Source: an uncultured Actinomycetota bacterium (GTDB lineage Bacteria > Actinomycetota > Humimicrobiia > Humimicrobiales > Humimicrobiaceae). From it: a DNA stretch of 64,000 bases. The position numbers were made by a program, and so were the translations under genes. This document shows, piece by piece, positions 31,699-41,874 of the stretch. The stretch lies in the NCBI GenBank assembly GCA_964595565.1, contig CAZQQX010000006.1, positions 2,817 through 66,816 of the forward strand, written 5' to 3'. The notes beneath the pieces are model-generated. The model did no database searches. It worked only from the letters and a program-made list of their open reading frames with translations, and was not told where the DNA came from. Numbering within the stretch: position 1 is the first letter of the stretch; each line of letters starts with the position of its first letter.

Positions 31699-32883
31699 TT
31701 ATTTATTATCAATATCCTTATCCCCGCGGCCGGATAGATTTACCACTATTATTTTATCCCTGCCCAGTCTCGGTGCCAGTTTCGCCACATAAGCCAGCGC
31801 ATGCGCACTTTCGTAGGCGGGAATAATCCCTTCGTAAAGCGAAAGCGTCCTGAACGCTTCCAGGGCCTCGCTATCAAGAGCATACTCATATTTAACTATT
31901 CCGTTCTCCTTAAAATAAGCATGTTCGGGTCCCACACCGGGATAATCAAGGCCAGCCGATACCGAATAAGCTTCTTCTATCTGCCCGTAATTATCCTGAA
32001 GCACATAACTAAAAGCACCGTGGAATATTCCTTTATTCCCGTTTGCCAGTGTTGCTCCATGTTTCCCGCTCCTGATGCCTTTACCCCCCGCTTCCACTCC
32101 TATAAGCTTGACCCTATCACAATTTTTTAAAAACGGATAAAATATCCCTATAGAATTACTGCCACCGCCCACGCAGGCTACAATGCAATCAGGAAGTCTT
32201 CTCTCTTCTTTAAGTATCTGCATTCTGGTTTCTCTGCCAATAACTATCTGGAAATCTCTCACCATCGTAGGATACGGATGGGGACCCACTACCGAACCAA
32301 GGACATAGAAAGTATCTTCCACTCTTGATGCCCAGTAACGAAGAGTCTCATTAACTGCATCTTTTAATGTCCTGCTCCCTGATGAAACTTCTACTACTTC
32401 TGCTCCCATAAGTTTCATCCTGTATACATTTGAAGACTGCCTCTTTATATCCTTACTGCCCATAAAAATTTTACACTTCATATTAAATAATGCAGCTGCC
32501 GCTGCAGTCGCCACCCCGTGCTGACCGGCACCGGTTTCTGCAATGATAAATTTCTTCCCCATTTTTTTAGCCAGAAGCACCTGACCGATAGTATTATTAA
32601 TCTTATGAGCTCCAAGATGGCACAGGTCCTCGCGCTTTAAATATATCTTTGCTCCACCAAGTTTCCTGGAAAGCCTTTCTGCATAATAGAGAGGAGTCGG
32701 CCTTCCGGCATAATTTTTTAAATAATATCCCAGCTCTTTCTTAAAATTTTTATCCTTTTTGTACCTGAAATAATTTTTTTCAAGCTCCTTTAAGGCATTG
32801 ACCAGTATCTCGGGTACATACATACCTCCAAACATCCCGAAATAGCCATTTTTAAAACTGTACCGTTTTTTTTCTTCTCCCAT
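31699..32883 (-). CDS. trpB: tryptophan synthase beta chain
   Basis: PLP-lysine region HLGAHKINN and the GGGSNSIG glycine loop. Confidence 0.95.
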   Translation of the reverse strand: MGEEKKRYSFKNGYFGMFGGMYVPEILVNALKELEKNYFRYKKDKNFKKELGYYLKNYAGRPTPLYYAERLSRKLGGAKIYLKREDLCHLGAHKINNTIGQVLLAKKMGKKFIIAETGAGQHGVATAAAAALFNMKCKIFMGSKDIKRQSSNVYRMKLMGAEVVEVSSGSRTLKDAVNETLRYWASRVEDTFYVLGSVVGPHPYPTMVRDFQIVIGRETRMQILKEERRLPDCIVACVGGGSNSIGIFYPFLKNCDRVKLIGVEAGGKGIRSGKHGATLANGNKGIFHGAFSYVLQDNYGQIEEAYSVSAGLDYPGVGPEHAYFKENGIVKYEYALDSEALEAFRTLSLYEGIIPAYESAHALAYVAKLAPRLGRDKIIVVNLSGRGDKDIDNK

Positions 32884-32972
32884 GTTAATTAAAACCCCAT
32901 TATATTTTACAGCAACCTGTATTTTATTCTGTATAATAATTAACCATTTATAACTTCCTCCGATAAAGCAGG

Positions 32973-33653
32973 CTACTGCATTTTTTTCACAATATTAACA
33001 AACCTTCTCACTTTCTCTGCATCTTTTTTCCCGGGATATTCTTCCAGCAGGGAAGACGCATCCACCCCGAATGGTTTTGCTATACTTACTGCCTCCCCGA
33101 CATTTCCAGGCTCAAGGCCCCCTGATAATATAACCGGCAGAATACCTCTGAAATTCTTTACAACTCCCCAGTTAAAAATTTGCCCCGTACCCCCGTAAAC
33201 ATTTTTCTTATAACTATCCAGCAGAATAAAATCTGCATATTTTCGCAATCTCTCCGTTTGTTTAATTATGACTGGTTCATCCAGCCCGTTACCAGAATAA
33301 ATTTTATTTATATCCCGGATTCTTAAAGCTTTTATAATTTTTAGCCTGCGTGCCTCTTTTCTTAGTGTTCTCAGGAAATCTATATCTTCGTCTCCTGAAA
33401 GCTGAATATAATTTAGCTCCAATTTCTCACAGTACTCACGAATCAATTCCACTCTTTCATTTACGAACACACCGACTTTTGAAATCCTGTTTTCCTCATC
33501 ACGCAGCCCATTATTTATTTTTTCTGCTTCGCTCAATCCTATTCTCCTCGGACTGTCCGTGGAGAATATAAAGCCCAATGCATCAGCTTTTAATCGCGAT
33601 ACCAGCATTGCATCTTCTAAATTTGTGACTCCACATATCTTAATCCATACCAT
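32973..33653 (-). CDS. trpF: phosphoribosylanthranilate isomerase
   Basis: [16 protein letters not shown]-terminus and a TIM-barrel PRAI pattern. Confidence 0.85.
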   Translation of the reverse strand: MVWIKICGVTNLEDAMLVSRLKADALGFIFSTDSPRRIGLSEAEKINNGLRDEENRISKVGVFVNERVELIREYCEKLELNYIQLSGDEDIDFLRTLRKEARRLKIIKALRIRDINKIYSGNGLDEPVIIKQTERLRKYADFILLDSYKKNVYGGTGQIFNWGVVKNFRGILPVILSGGLEPGNVGEAVSIAKPFGVDASSLLEEYPGKKDAEKVRRFVNIVKKMQ

Positions 33654-33699
33654 ATCTTAATTCACCCTTGAATTTAATCCTGAAGTTATATTTTTAAAC

Positions 33700-34533
33700 T
33701 TAAATTAGACTGGCCCTCTTAAAATCCATCTCCATATCATTTAAAGTTTCTTCCAGATTACCGGCACTCATAAAAAACTCTCCAATTAAAAAAGTGTTTA
33801 TGCCCTCTGAGAACAGGTCTTTTATATAATTGACATTTTTTACCCCGCTTTCACAGACAATAATTCTATCAGTAATGCTGATTTTTTTACTATGTTCTAT
33901 AAAATCATAAATCAGCCTTTCATTAACCTTCATATCTTTAAGGTTACGGTTATTTATGCCTATAAATTTTGCTCCTGTATCCAGAACTTTACTCAGCTCC
34001 TTTAAAGTATGCAACTCAACCAGCACATCCAGGCCCAGGCTGACTGCAAGGTTATATAATTTTTCCAGCTTTTTAAATCCCAGAAGCGAGCCTATGAGCA
34101 GGATGCAATCTGCTCCCAGCTCCGCGCTCCGGTAAACCTGAACTTCATTAAAAATAAAATCCTTTCTCAGGACAGGAAGTGTTATCCTTTCTTTAACTAT
34201 TTTTATATTGCCTGGATCACCTTTAAAATATAAAGGTTCTGTAAGAATAGAGACACCACAGATAAAACTTTTAAATTTTTCATAGAGTAAGGCTACTCTT
34301 TCAATATCAATTTCATCATTTATAATTCCTCTGGAGGGTGAAGCCTTCTTAATCTCGGCAATAATATTAACCTTCCCCTTTTTAATATTTTTAATAAAAT
34401 GCCCTCCACATTCTTTAACATCTTTTCCTGCCTCTGTTGTACCTGCCGCTGGTAGACGATAACCCTGCTTTATTTTTTTAATTTCTTTAATCTCTTTCTT
34501 TTTCACGAGCAAAATTTCTTTTAGATATTTCAA
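33700..34533 (-). CDS. trpC: indole-3-glycerol-phosphate synthase
   Basis: IIAEIKKASPSRG and a LIGE C-terminal phosphate-binding region. Confidence 0.85.
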   Translation of the reverse strand: MKYLKEILLVKKKEIKEIKKIKQGYRLPAAGTTEAGKDVKECGGHFIKNIKKGKVNIIAEIKKASPSRGIINDEIDIERVALLYEKFKSFICGVSILTEPLYFKGDPGNIKIVKERITLPVLRKDFIFNEVQVYRSAELGADCILLIGSLLGFKKLEKLYNLAVSLGLDVLVELHTLKELSKVLDTGAKFIGINNRNLKDMKVNERLIYDFIEHSKKISITDRIIVCESGVKNVNYIKDLFSEGINTFLIGEFFMSAGNLEETLNDMEMDFKRASLI

Positions 34534-34577
34534 ATTGACCTCTCCCTGACCAATCTTATCCGGCTATTGTTTTTACT

Positions 34578-35603
34578 TCAGTCCTGGCCGGCTTTTTTAT
34601 TTGTAAACCTTATTAAACTTATTAACTTATCATATGCCCTGCCGCTCTCAATTGAATAGCTGGCCAGCTTTAGAGCTTCTTTAAGGTCGCCGGCCCTTTT
34701 TCCCGAGACAATTGCCGCTGCAGCATTGACCAGGGCGGAATCTCTTTTGGGTCCCTTTTCTTTTCCGGTAAGAATATCGGTAAGTATTTTTGCATTTTCT
34801 CTGGCATCTCCACCGGCAAGGTCCGAAATAGTTGATTTTTTAAAACCAAACTCCCCGGGATCAAAAACATACTTCATAATTTTCCCGTCTTTTAGCTCCG
34901 CTACCATGCTTTTACCCGAAACAGAGAACTCATCAAGCCCTTCGTCACTGTTAACTACATAGGCCCTTTCAACGCCCAGATTTTTTAATGTATTTATCAT
35001 AATGTCAATTAACCCTTCATCAAATACTCCGAGAACCCTCCCCCTTGCCAGAGCCGGATTTGTTATGGGGCCAAGAATATTAAAAACAGTTCTTATTCCC
35101 ATATCTTTTCTTGCCCTGGCCACATATTTCATAGCCTTATGCGCCCTGGGAGCAAAAATAAAACCAATACCAATACTATCAAGACACTCTGCAACGTCTT
35201 CACATTCAAGGTTTATATTTACTCCTAACTCCTCAAGAACATCGGCACTTCCGCTCCTGCTTGAAACACTCCTGTTGCCATGCTTTGCAATTTTAACCCC
35301 CGCACCTGCAGCTATAAATGCTGCGGTGGTTGAAATGTTAAAAGTATACAGCCCATCTCCGCCTGTTCCGCAGGTGTCCACAAGGTCGGGATATCTGCTT
35401 TTTACCTTTACCGCCTTATCCAGCATTGCTCTCGAAAACCCGCTTATTTCAGTAGCTGTTTCTCCCTTCATCTTCAATGCGGTAAGAAAAGAAGCAATCT
35501 GACAGTCATTTGCCCCGCCTTCCATTATAAGCTCCATTGCTCTGTATGACTGCTCTTCGCCAAGGTCTTTTCCATTTAAAATTATATCCAGGAAATCTTT
35601 CAT
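34578..35603 (-). CDS. trpD: anthranilate phosphoribosyltransferase
   Basis: DTCGTGGDG and KHGNRSVSS motifs. Confidence 0.9.
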   Translation of the reverse strand: MKDFLDIILNGKDLGEEQSYRAMELIMEGGANDCQIASFLTALKMKGETATEISGFSRAMLDKAVKVKSRYPDLVDTCGTGGDGLYTFNISTTAAFIAAGAGVKIAKHGNRSVSSRSGSADVLEELGVNINLECEDVAECLDSIGIGFIFAPRAHKAMKYVARARKDMGIRTVFNILGPITNPALARGRVLGVFDEGLIDIMINTLKNLGVERAYVVNSDEGLDEFSVSGKSMVAELKDGKIMKYVFDPGEFGFKKSTISDLAGGDARENAKILTDILTGKEKGPKRDSALVNAAAAIVSGKRAGDLKEALKLASYSIESGRAYDKLISLIRFTNKKAGQD

Positions 35604-35660
35604 TCTTAATCTCCCCGCTATTTTTTATATTGTTATTTATATATATTGTTATTTTTTAGT

Positions 35661-37151
35661 TTATTTAAATAAACTGATAGCCCTGAAAATAGCAGCTGCC
35701 TTATTTAAGGTCTCATCATATTCATTCTCAGGTCTTGAATCATAAACAATACCCGCACCAGCCTGGATATAGGCCACCCCGTCTTTAATCACTGCTGTTC
35801 TTATGGTTATACAGCTGTCAAGACTTCCATCATATCCAAAATATCCCACTGCTCCTCCATATGGCCCGCGCCTGTCAGGTTCCAGTTCACTTATAATCTG
35901 CATCGCCCTTATTTTTGGGGCTCCCGACAGTGTCCCTGCAGGAAAAACACTTTTCAGCGCGTCGTATATTGAACGTTTTTTTTCCAGAACCCCTTCCACC
36001 CTGGATACCAGGTGTATTACATGGGAATATTTTTCCACACCCATATATTTCTTTACTTTTACACTGTTATATTTACATACCCTCCCCAGGTCATTTCTGG
36101 CAAGGTCAACCAGCATATTATGCTCCGCTTTTTCCTTTTCATCATTTAATAAACTTTTTACCAGAATCCTGTCTTCCCCGGGGTCCCTGCCTCTTTTTCT
36201 TGTACCTGCAATGGGGCAGGTTAATATTTTTCTGCCTTTAATTTTAATAAGAGGCTCCGGTGAAGCGCCTGCAATTTTAAACCCGCCAAAATCAAAATAA
36301 TACATGTATGGAGAGGGATTTACCGCTCTGAGGCCTCGGTAGACACTAAAAGAATCTGAAAATATTCTGGTGTGAAACCTCTGTGACAGGACTATCTGGA
36401 AAGCATACCCTCCAGCGATATATCTTTTTGCTTTCTCCACTCCTTTGAGGAATTCATTCTTACCAAAATTTGAATTTAATTTTAAATCCATTCCGGTATG
36501 GTCAATACCCGCAGGGTTAAAGCTTTCTTTAAAATCATTTTTAACATTTTTATTAATTTTATCTTCAACACTCTCAATATTACCGGCTGAAATATCATAA
36601 GCCTTCCCGGCACTAATTTTACCTCCGCTCTTAACTGTTGAGATTATTTTTACCCTGTTAAGCAGGTGGTCAAAAACAACTACGAGGTCTGTAAGATAGA
36701 GCATGATTTCAGGAATAGACAGATTATTCTCGGGCAGGGGAATATTTTCAAAATTCTTTACCAGATCATAACCCAGATAACCTGCGGCTCCGCCCACAAA
36801 ATGGTTGAGCCGGGGATTTTTATAAAGATGGTAACTTCCCAACACTTTTCCCAGCTCCCCGAGGGGGTTTTCTGTTTTTATCTGATATAGCTCTTCCCCA
36901 TTGTTTATTAAAGAAAAAACTCCGTCATTAAACTTAATTAAATTACTGCATCCAATTCCTATAAAGGAATATCTTGCCAGATTCTTTATACCCTCAATGC
37001 TTTCCAGTAAAAATCCTTTCTTCCCCGGTCCCACAGTTTTTATAAATAAGGAAGCCGGAGTTTCGGTGTCAACAATATACTCTTTATATACCGGAATTAA
37101 ATTATAATTTTCTGCTTCTAAAATATATTCACTTTTATTCGGATAAAACAT
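35661..37151 (-). CDS. trpE: anthranilate synthase component I
   Basis: Chorismate-binding-enzyme C-terminal core (LSGAPKIRAM, GGAVGYFGYDG). Confidence 0.9.
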   Translation of the reverse strand: MFYPNKSEYILEAENYNLIPVYKEYIVDTETPASLFIKTVGPGKKGFLLESIEGIKNLARYSFIGIGCSNLIKFNDGVFSLINNGEELYQIKTENPLGELGKVLGSYHLYKNPRLNHFVGGAAGYLGYDLVKNFENIPLPENNLSIPEIMLYLTDLVVVFDHLLNRVKIISTVKSGGKISAGKAYDISAGNIESVEDKINKNVKNDFKESFNPAGIDHTGMDLKLNSNFGKNEFLKGVEKAKRYIAGGYAFQIVLSQRFHTRIFSDSFSVYRGLRAVNPSPYMYYFDFGGFKIAGASPEPLIKIKGRKILTCPIAGTRKRGRDPGEDRILVKSLLNDEKEKAEHNMLVDLARNDLGRVCKYNSVKVKKYMGVEKYSHVIHLVSRVEGVLEKKRSIYDALKSVFPAGTLSGAPKIRAMQIISELEPDRRGPYGGAVGYFGYDGSLDSCITIRTAVIKDGVAYIQAGAGIVYDSRPENEYDETLNKAAAIFRAISLFK

Positions 37152-37604
37152 TCTTTTTATGCCTTCTCTGTATTTTCATTTATTTCTTTAAGTATTTACC
37201 TTTTAAGTATTCACATAATTTAATTAAATCTAATATTCATTATTTATTCCTTAAAAGAAGATAGTATTCCCCCCGGGGGTGTTTTTACCTGGTTAACACA
37301 GGAATTTTTTAGAATTTTTATTTATATGTAAATAAATTTGTAGATGCAGTTTAATGGAAATATATATATAAAATAAAAATTCCAGCCGGCCAGGCTTAGA
37401 GACTTCGCCAGCAGGAATTATCTTTTAGCCATAAAAACGTACTTATTAGCTTTTTTGTTCGACTAAATTTTATTTTACAAATTCCCATGACCTGTTAGTG
37501 AAACACGCTTATTAATGCTACTTTTAAAAAGTTTAGATATAATAGCATAACTACTGTGCAAGTCAACTCAAAAAAATATTAAAACTAAAACTTTTATCTA
37601 AAAA

Positions 37605-37646
37605 AATAATGGCACATATTTTATGAACAAAATATGTGCCATTATT
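37605..37646. terminator. bidirectional intrinsic terminator (perfect 18-bp stem, 6-nt loop)
   Basis: AATAATGGCACATATTTT-atgaac-AAAATATGTGCCATTATT, flanked by an A-run on the 5' side and a T-run on the 3' side, so both transcription directions see a U-tract after the hairpin. Confidence 0.6.
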
Positions 37647-37695
37647 TTCATTATTTTTACCGGTAATCCAGGCTGCCTGCAATATTTTATATTTT

Positions 37696-37920
37696 TTATT
37701 TCTTCTGATTCTTTTCTTTTTCTGCAGCTTCCAGCATTTTTTTTGCTATTCTGAGCTCAGTTTTTCTCCTGGTTTCTTCGGTATAAACTCTGAGCTCGGC
37801 TACCAGCCGATTGTATCTGGTAATATATATAGTATCCCCTAAATTTTCTGTTAAATACTTCGTAAGATTGACCCTTAATTCATTGGTATCAATCTTTTTT
37901 ACTTCTTCTTCGTAAGTCAT
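37696..37920 (-). CDS. Phd/YefM-family antitoxin-like protein (orphan)
   Basis: IDTNELRVNLTKYLTENLGDTIYITRYNRLVAELRV matches the Phd/YefM N-terminal fold signature; SD AAGGGGTG 5 nt upstream of the ATG; no toxin partner in either flank. Confidence 0.55.
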   Translation of the reverse strand: MTYEEEVKKIDTNELRVNLTKYLTENLGDTIYITRYNRLVAELRVYTEETRRKTELRIAKKMLEAAEKEKNQKK

Positions 37921-38140
37921 TTTTCACCCCTTAAAATCTTTAACATATACAGAAATTACCCTTTACAATATTTTAAAAATATAAATTTTTATCATTATCT
38001 CATATTTAAATAATAATATCTATAATAAATTTATTAAATTTTATATTTTAGATTATATTATAAAACAAATTCAAAATTATTTAAATACTTTTTTGAAAAT
38101 TATATTTTTAATTTATAATAATTATAAATTAAAAATATTT

Positions 38141-39238
38141 TTAACCGGGATGTCTGAGCAGTACATATATATACCCCAGCATTTTTGAGATATCAATATG
38201 GATAAGTAAAAGAGGAACAAAAAGAACCGATAACAACTTTTCTTTCAGGTTAAAACTACAGCCATCTTTATTTTTAAATAATTTAAAGAGCCTCCAGTAC
38301 GATTTATATATATAAAGAGCAAAAAGAGGAATATATACAAACAGAATCCAGCCGCTTATATAAATCGCCATCAATATAATTAATACAAATACCAGAAGTG
38401 CAGCAAATCTTATAATGTGCCGGTATGCATACATCCTGCCCGCCGCATCTCCTCCTGCATACCTGAAAAACTGTTTAAATATCTGTACAGGATTCTTCCT
38501 CATTATCCAGTAGACTACGGCATCAGAATTAAACTTTATCCGGTAGCCTGCTTTTTTTATTTTAAAATTAAATTTCATATCCTCGCCATAATCCATATCC
38601 TCGGGGTAACCACCTGCATCAGCCCATACTTTCTTTTTAAAACTTGCATTTCTGGATGAAGGCATATAATTACCACTTTTTATTTCTTCTTTAAAAGGCA
38701 TAATACACGCGGCCAGGCACTTCTGCACAAAATTACTGCAGTATGGTATACTCAATCCTCCTATTACATCGCATGAAGGATCATCATAAAACTTCGTAAT
38801 TTCCACTAGCCAGTTCCTGTCAAGGATACATCCGGCATCGCTCACGCAGATAATCTTGCCTGATGCATTTTTTATTGCTTCATTTCTTCCCCTGGAAATA
38901 TTTGCCCCGTCTTTCTTTATTATCTTCACCTTTACCGGCCCGGAATCATTCTTAATGTTTTTAAGCTCTTTCTTTTTTTCTTCTTTCATTTTTCGGTCCG
39001 GCAGTGCTACCGAAAATACTTTATTTTTATCCCTTGCTGCCCTGTCTTTAAAAAAGGTTAATATACTCTCACGGGTACCATCTTCCGAGCCCCCGTCAAC
39101 TATAACTATTTCTCCCGGGATATGGCTCTGTTCAACCAGGCTTTCCATAAATTTAACAATGCTTTCCTTTTCATTGTAAACTGTAGTTACAAAGCTGACA
39201 TTGCCAAGAATTTCTCTTTTATTTTCTTTCCCGTTCAT
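38141..39238 (-). CDS. family-2 glycosyltransferase with C-terminal membrane anchor
   Basis: GT-A motifs (VSFVTTVYNEKESI...IVIVDGGSEDGT) plus about three C-terminal TM helices. Confidence 0.8.
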   Translation of the reverse strand: MNGKENKREILGNVSFVTTVYNEKESIVKFMESLVEQSHIPGEIVIVDGGSEDGTRESILTFFKDRAARDKNKVFSVALPDRKMKEEKKKELKNIKNDSGPVKVKIIKKDGANISRGRNEAIKNASGKIICVSDAGCILDRNWLVEITKFYDDPSCDVIGGLSIPYCSNFVQKCLAACIMPFKEEIKSGNYMPSSRNASFKKKVWADAGGYPEDMDYGEDMKFNFKIKKAGYRIKFNSDAVVYWIMRKNPVQIFKQFFRYAGGDAAGRMYAYRHIIRFAALLVFVLIILMAIYISGWILFVYIPLFALYIYKSYWRLFKLFKNKDGCSFNLKEKLLSVLFVPLLLIHIDISKMLGYIYVLLRHPG

Positions 39239-40185
39239 ATTAATTTTCTGTAATATAATTTAAACCCTTTAAAATAAGAAAAAAGCCTGGGCCTGTTTTC
39301 CCCGCCCGGCCTGAATACGGTTAATATTGAAAAAAGCAGTATCCGGTTTAAAATTCCTGCCTGATAAATCAGGCTTAACAACACAGCATGCATCCTGGAG
39401 TAATTCTTTTTAAAATATAACCTCCTGCTTTTCCATATCCCGGCTTCCCTTGCAGCCTGGTTTCTGGAAGCAATACCACTATCGGAATGTTTTATCACCA
39501 CACCGGGAAAAAAATAATTTTTAAAATTTTTCCGGTGTAATTTCAGACAGAGGTCGGTATCCTCACTGAACATAAAATAATCTTCATCAAACATGCCAGC
39601 CTGAAAAAAATAATCTTTTTTTATAAACATAAACGAACCTGTCAGCCAGTCTACTTCTCTTATCCTGCCATGGTCCCACCGGCTTAAAAAATATGCACCA
39701 AAAATGCGGCTTTTTTTAAATATTCTGTAAAGGAAATAGCTTTCATAAAACTGGCGGGCCAGTGTAGGAAAAGACCTCGGGCTATATTGCAGGGTTCCGT
39801 TCGGGTTTAATGTTTTTGCTCCAACCACACCCACCTTTTCACTTTTTTCCTTTTCATTATAAAAATTAATCAAATCATTAAGATTCCCGCTTATAAGCTC
39901 CGTATCAGGATTTAAGAATAAAAGGTATTTCCCTTTCGCTTTCAATACGCCTGTGTTTGAAGCTTTTGAAAAACCGGGATTACTTTTATTTTCTATTAAA
40001 TGTAGTCTGTCCTTTCCTTTGCTCAGTCTTTTTAGATATTCAACACTTCCATCATCTGAGTTATTATCAACAACCAGTATTTCACAGTCAGGTCCCTTTT
40101 CTTTTGCATCACAATCAATACTTTTAAGACATCTCTTTATAAAATCAAGACTGTTATAATTTACAATTACAATACTAATATCCAA
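39235..40185 (-). CDS. family-2 glycosyltransferase
   Basis: ISIVIVNYNSLDFIKRCLKSI...VVDNNSDDGSVEY. Confidence 0.8.
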   Translation of the reverse strand: MDISIVIVNYNSLDFIKRCLKSIDCDAKEKGPDCEILVVDNNSDDGSVEYLKRLSKGKDRLHLIENKSNPGFSKASNTGVLKAKGKYLLFLNPDTELISGNLNDLINFYNEKEKSEKVGVVGAKTLNPNGTLQYSPRSFPTLARQFYESYFLYRIFKKSRIFGAYFLSRWDHGRIREVDWLTGSFMFIKKDYFFQAGMFDEDYFMFSEDTDLCLKLHRKNFKNYFFPGVVIKHSDSGIASRNQAAREAGIWKSRRLYFKKNYSRMHAVLLSLIYQAGILNRILLFSILTVFRPGGENRPRLFSYFKGFKLYYRKLI

Positions 40186-40222
40186 TTATTATCCCCGTAT
40201 TAACTCATTTTTATTATTTAAA

Positions 40223-41863
40223 TTAATTTCCTGCCTGATGCTCTTCCATGATTTTATTGATTATTGAAATCAAATTCTCCTCAAATTTAATATCTGAAAA
40301 CCTCCTGCAGCTTAAAATTGCATTATTTATTATTCTCTTTACATCTACCTTCCCTTTTATTATATCCAGAGTTATATCCTTAAGCTCCTTCCGGCTACTG
40401 AATAAAAATCCATTATATCCGTGTTCAATAATTTCTTTCTGCCCGCCTTTATTTATGACCACAGGGATACAGCCTGCGGCCATTGCTTCTACGGTAGTAA
40501 TCCCAAAATGCTCAAATTTCTCGGGATGGGCTTCTTCGTCCTCCCCCATTCCCGAAGCATGCCAGAAAATAAATGACCCGGCAAAAACTTTAACCAGTTC
40601 TTTCCATTCAATATTGGTAATCACTTTTACAGGATAGCCTCTGGCTGCAGCAATTACCTTTTCTACATATTTCAGGTGGTCCGGCCTTTTGCTCGCTCCC
40701 CCCGCCAGGTACAGGGTATATCCCTTCATTTGCCCGGGATATTGTTCCAGCAGCTGCTTGAAAATCTCTACCATCTCAAGCTGCTTCTTATTATGATGCT
40801 CGGGGAAAAACCTGCCGACGCTTAAAATAATCTTTTCTTTCTTTTCTACCCTGAAACTGTCCGTATCTACAGGGGGATAAAGAATCACACTATCCCTTTT
40901 CCATAATTTCTTTATCCATTTTTTTGAGTACTCGGATATAGTAATAATTTTATGATAAGTTTCAAGAAACCTTAAATTGTCGGGAAAAGTTATCAGGAAT
41001 AAAGGGATATATCCCAGAACTTTTAAAATAAATTTTTTTAAAAGGTTTATTTTCCTCTCATCATATATAACCACTCCCAGACTCCTGGAATCTTCTGAAT
41101 CACTGTATTCTTCAGAGGGTTTAAAGGTGCTGGATGAAACCTGTATAATTGTAAATTCATTTCTGGTATCCAGTGGAACCCTGACAATTTCCATGGAACC
41201 CTTTACTAAACTGATATCCTTATCATAAATAGGTCTGTTCTCTTTTGCCTTCCCTTCAAAAACCTTAATGTTTACTTTCATCAGGTCCAGCGCGCTCGCT
41301 TCCGGATTCTTTAAACCCAGCTCCATATACTGTTCGGATTTCATTACCTTTAATTTAATCTTTCCGCTGCTCCAGCTGCCCCTCCTGAGTAAAAATCTTT
41401 TGGGCTCATATATACCCTCTTCCACCTCTATCTTATCAAAACCCTCTATCAACCTGCCTGCAACCTTAAACAGCCATATTGCCGGTTTTCTGAAAAAAAA
41501 TAGTAAAAACCGGTGAATAAATTTGAAATCTACATCAAAAGGAGTCGGGAAATAACACAAATATAAATTCCCGGAGCTATACGCAGGAAGCGAGCTTAAA
41601 TAAGTGGCATTTATAAAGAGGTCATATTTTTTAGTTATTTTTGCAGCATAATCTTCCGATATAAAGGGAAATATTTTTAAATTAACTTTATTTAAATCAA
41701 GATTCAGCCTTCTTGACACCTCTTTAAGGTCGGCAAATATATCGGTTATTATATCTACACTGTATTCTTTTTTTTTAGATAAGACTTCTGCAATTTTGCA
41801 ACTGTATCGTTCCCCGCCTCCGGCCGTTGAAAGGTACCTATCGTAAATAGCAATCCTTTTCAT
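40223..41863 (-). CDS. family-4 (GT-B) glycosyltransferase with extended N-terminal region
   Basis: C-terminal EHFGITTVEAMAAGCIPVV...GFLF retaining GT4 signature. Confidence 0.75.
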   Translation of the reverse strand: MKRIAIYDRYLSTAGGGERYSCKIAEVLSKKKEYSVDIITDIFADLKEVSRRLNLDLNKVNLKIFPFISEDYAAKITKKYDLFINATYLSSLPAYSSGNLYLCYFPTPFDVDFKFIHRFLLFFFRKPAIWLFKVAGRLIEGFDKIEVEEGIYEPKRFLLRRGSWSSGKIKLKVMKSEQYMELGLKNPEASALDLMKVNIKVFEGKAKENRPIYDKDISLVKGSMEIVRVPLDTRNEFTIIQVSSSTFKPSEEYSDSEDSRSLGVVIYDERKINLLKKFILKVLGYIPLFLITFPDNLRFLETYHKIITISEYSKKWIKKLWKRDSVILYPPVDTDSFRVEKKEKIILSVGRFFPEHHNKKQLEMVEIFKQLLEQYPGQMKGYTLYLAGGASKRPDHLKYVEKVIAAARGYPVKVITNIEWKELVKVFAGSFIFWHASGMGEDEEAHPEKFEHFGITTVEAMAAGCIPVVINKGGQKEIIEHGYNGFLFSSRKELKDITLDIIKGKVDVKRIINNAILSCRRFSDIKFEENLISIINKIMEEHQAGN

Positions 41864-41874
41864 AAAAATACCCG

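Noticed and set aside
37258-37280. CCCCCCGGGGG followed by a T-run as an intrinsic terminator
   Set aside because: The palindrome has essentially no loop (at most one unpaired base), so a stable terminator hairpin is unlikely. Retained only as a possible regulatory palindrome in the trp leader finding
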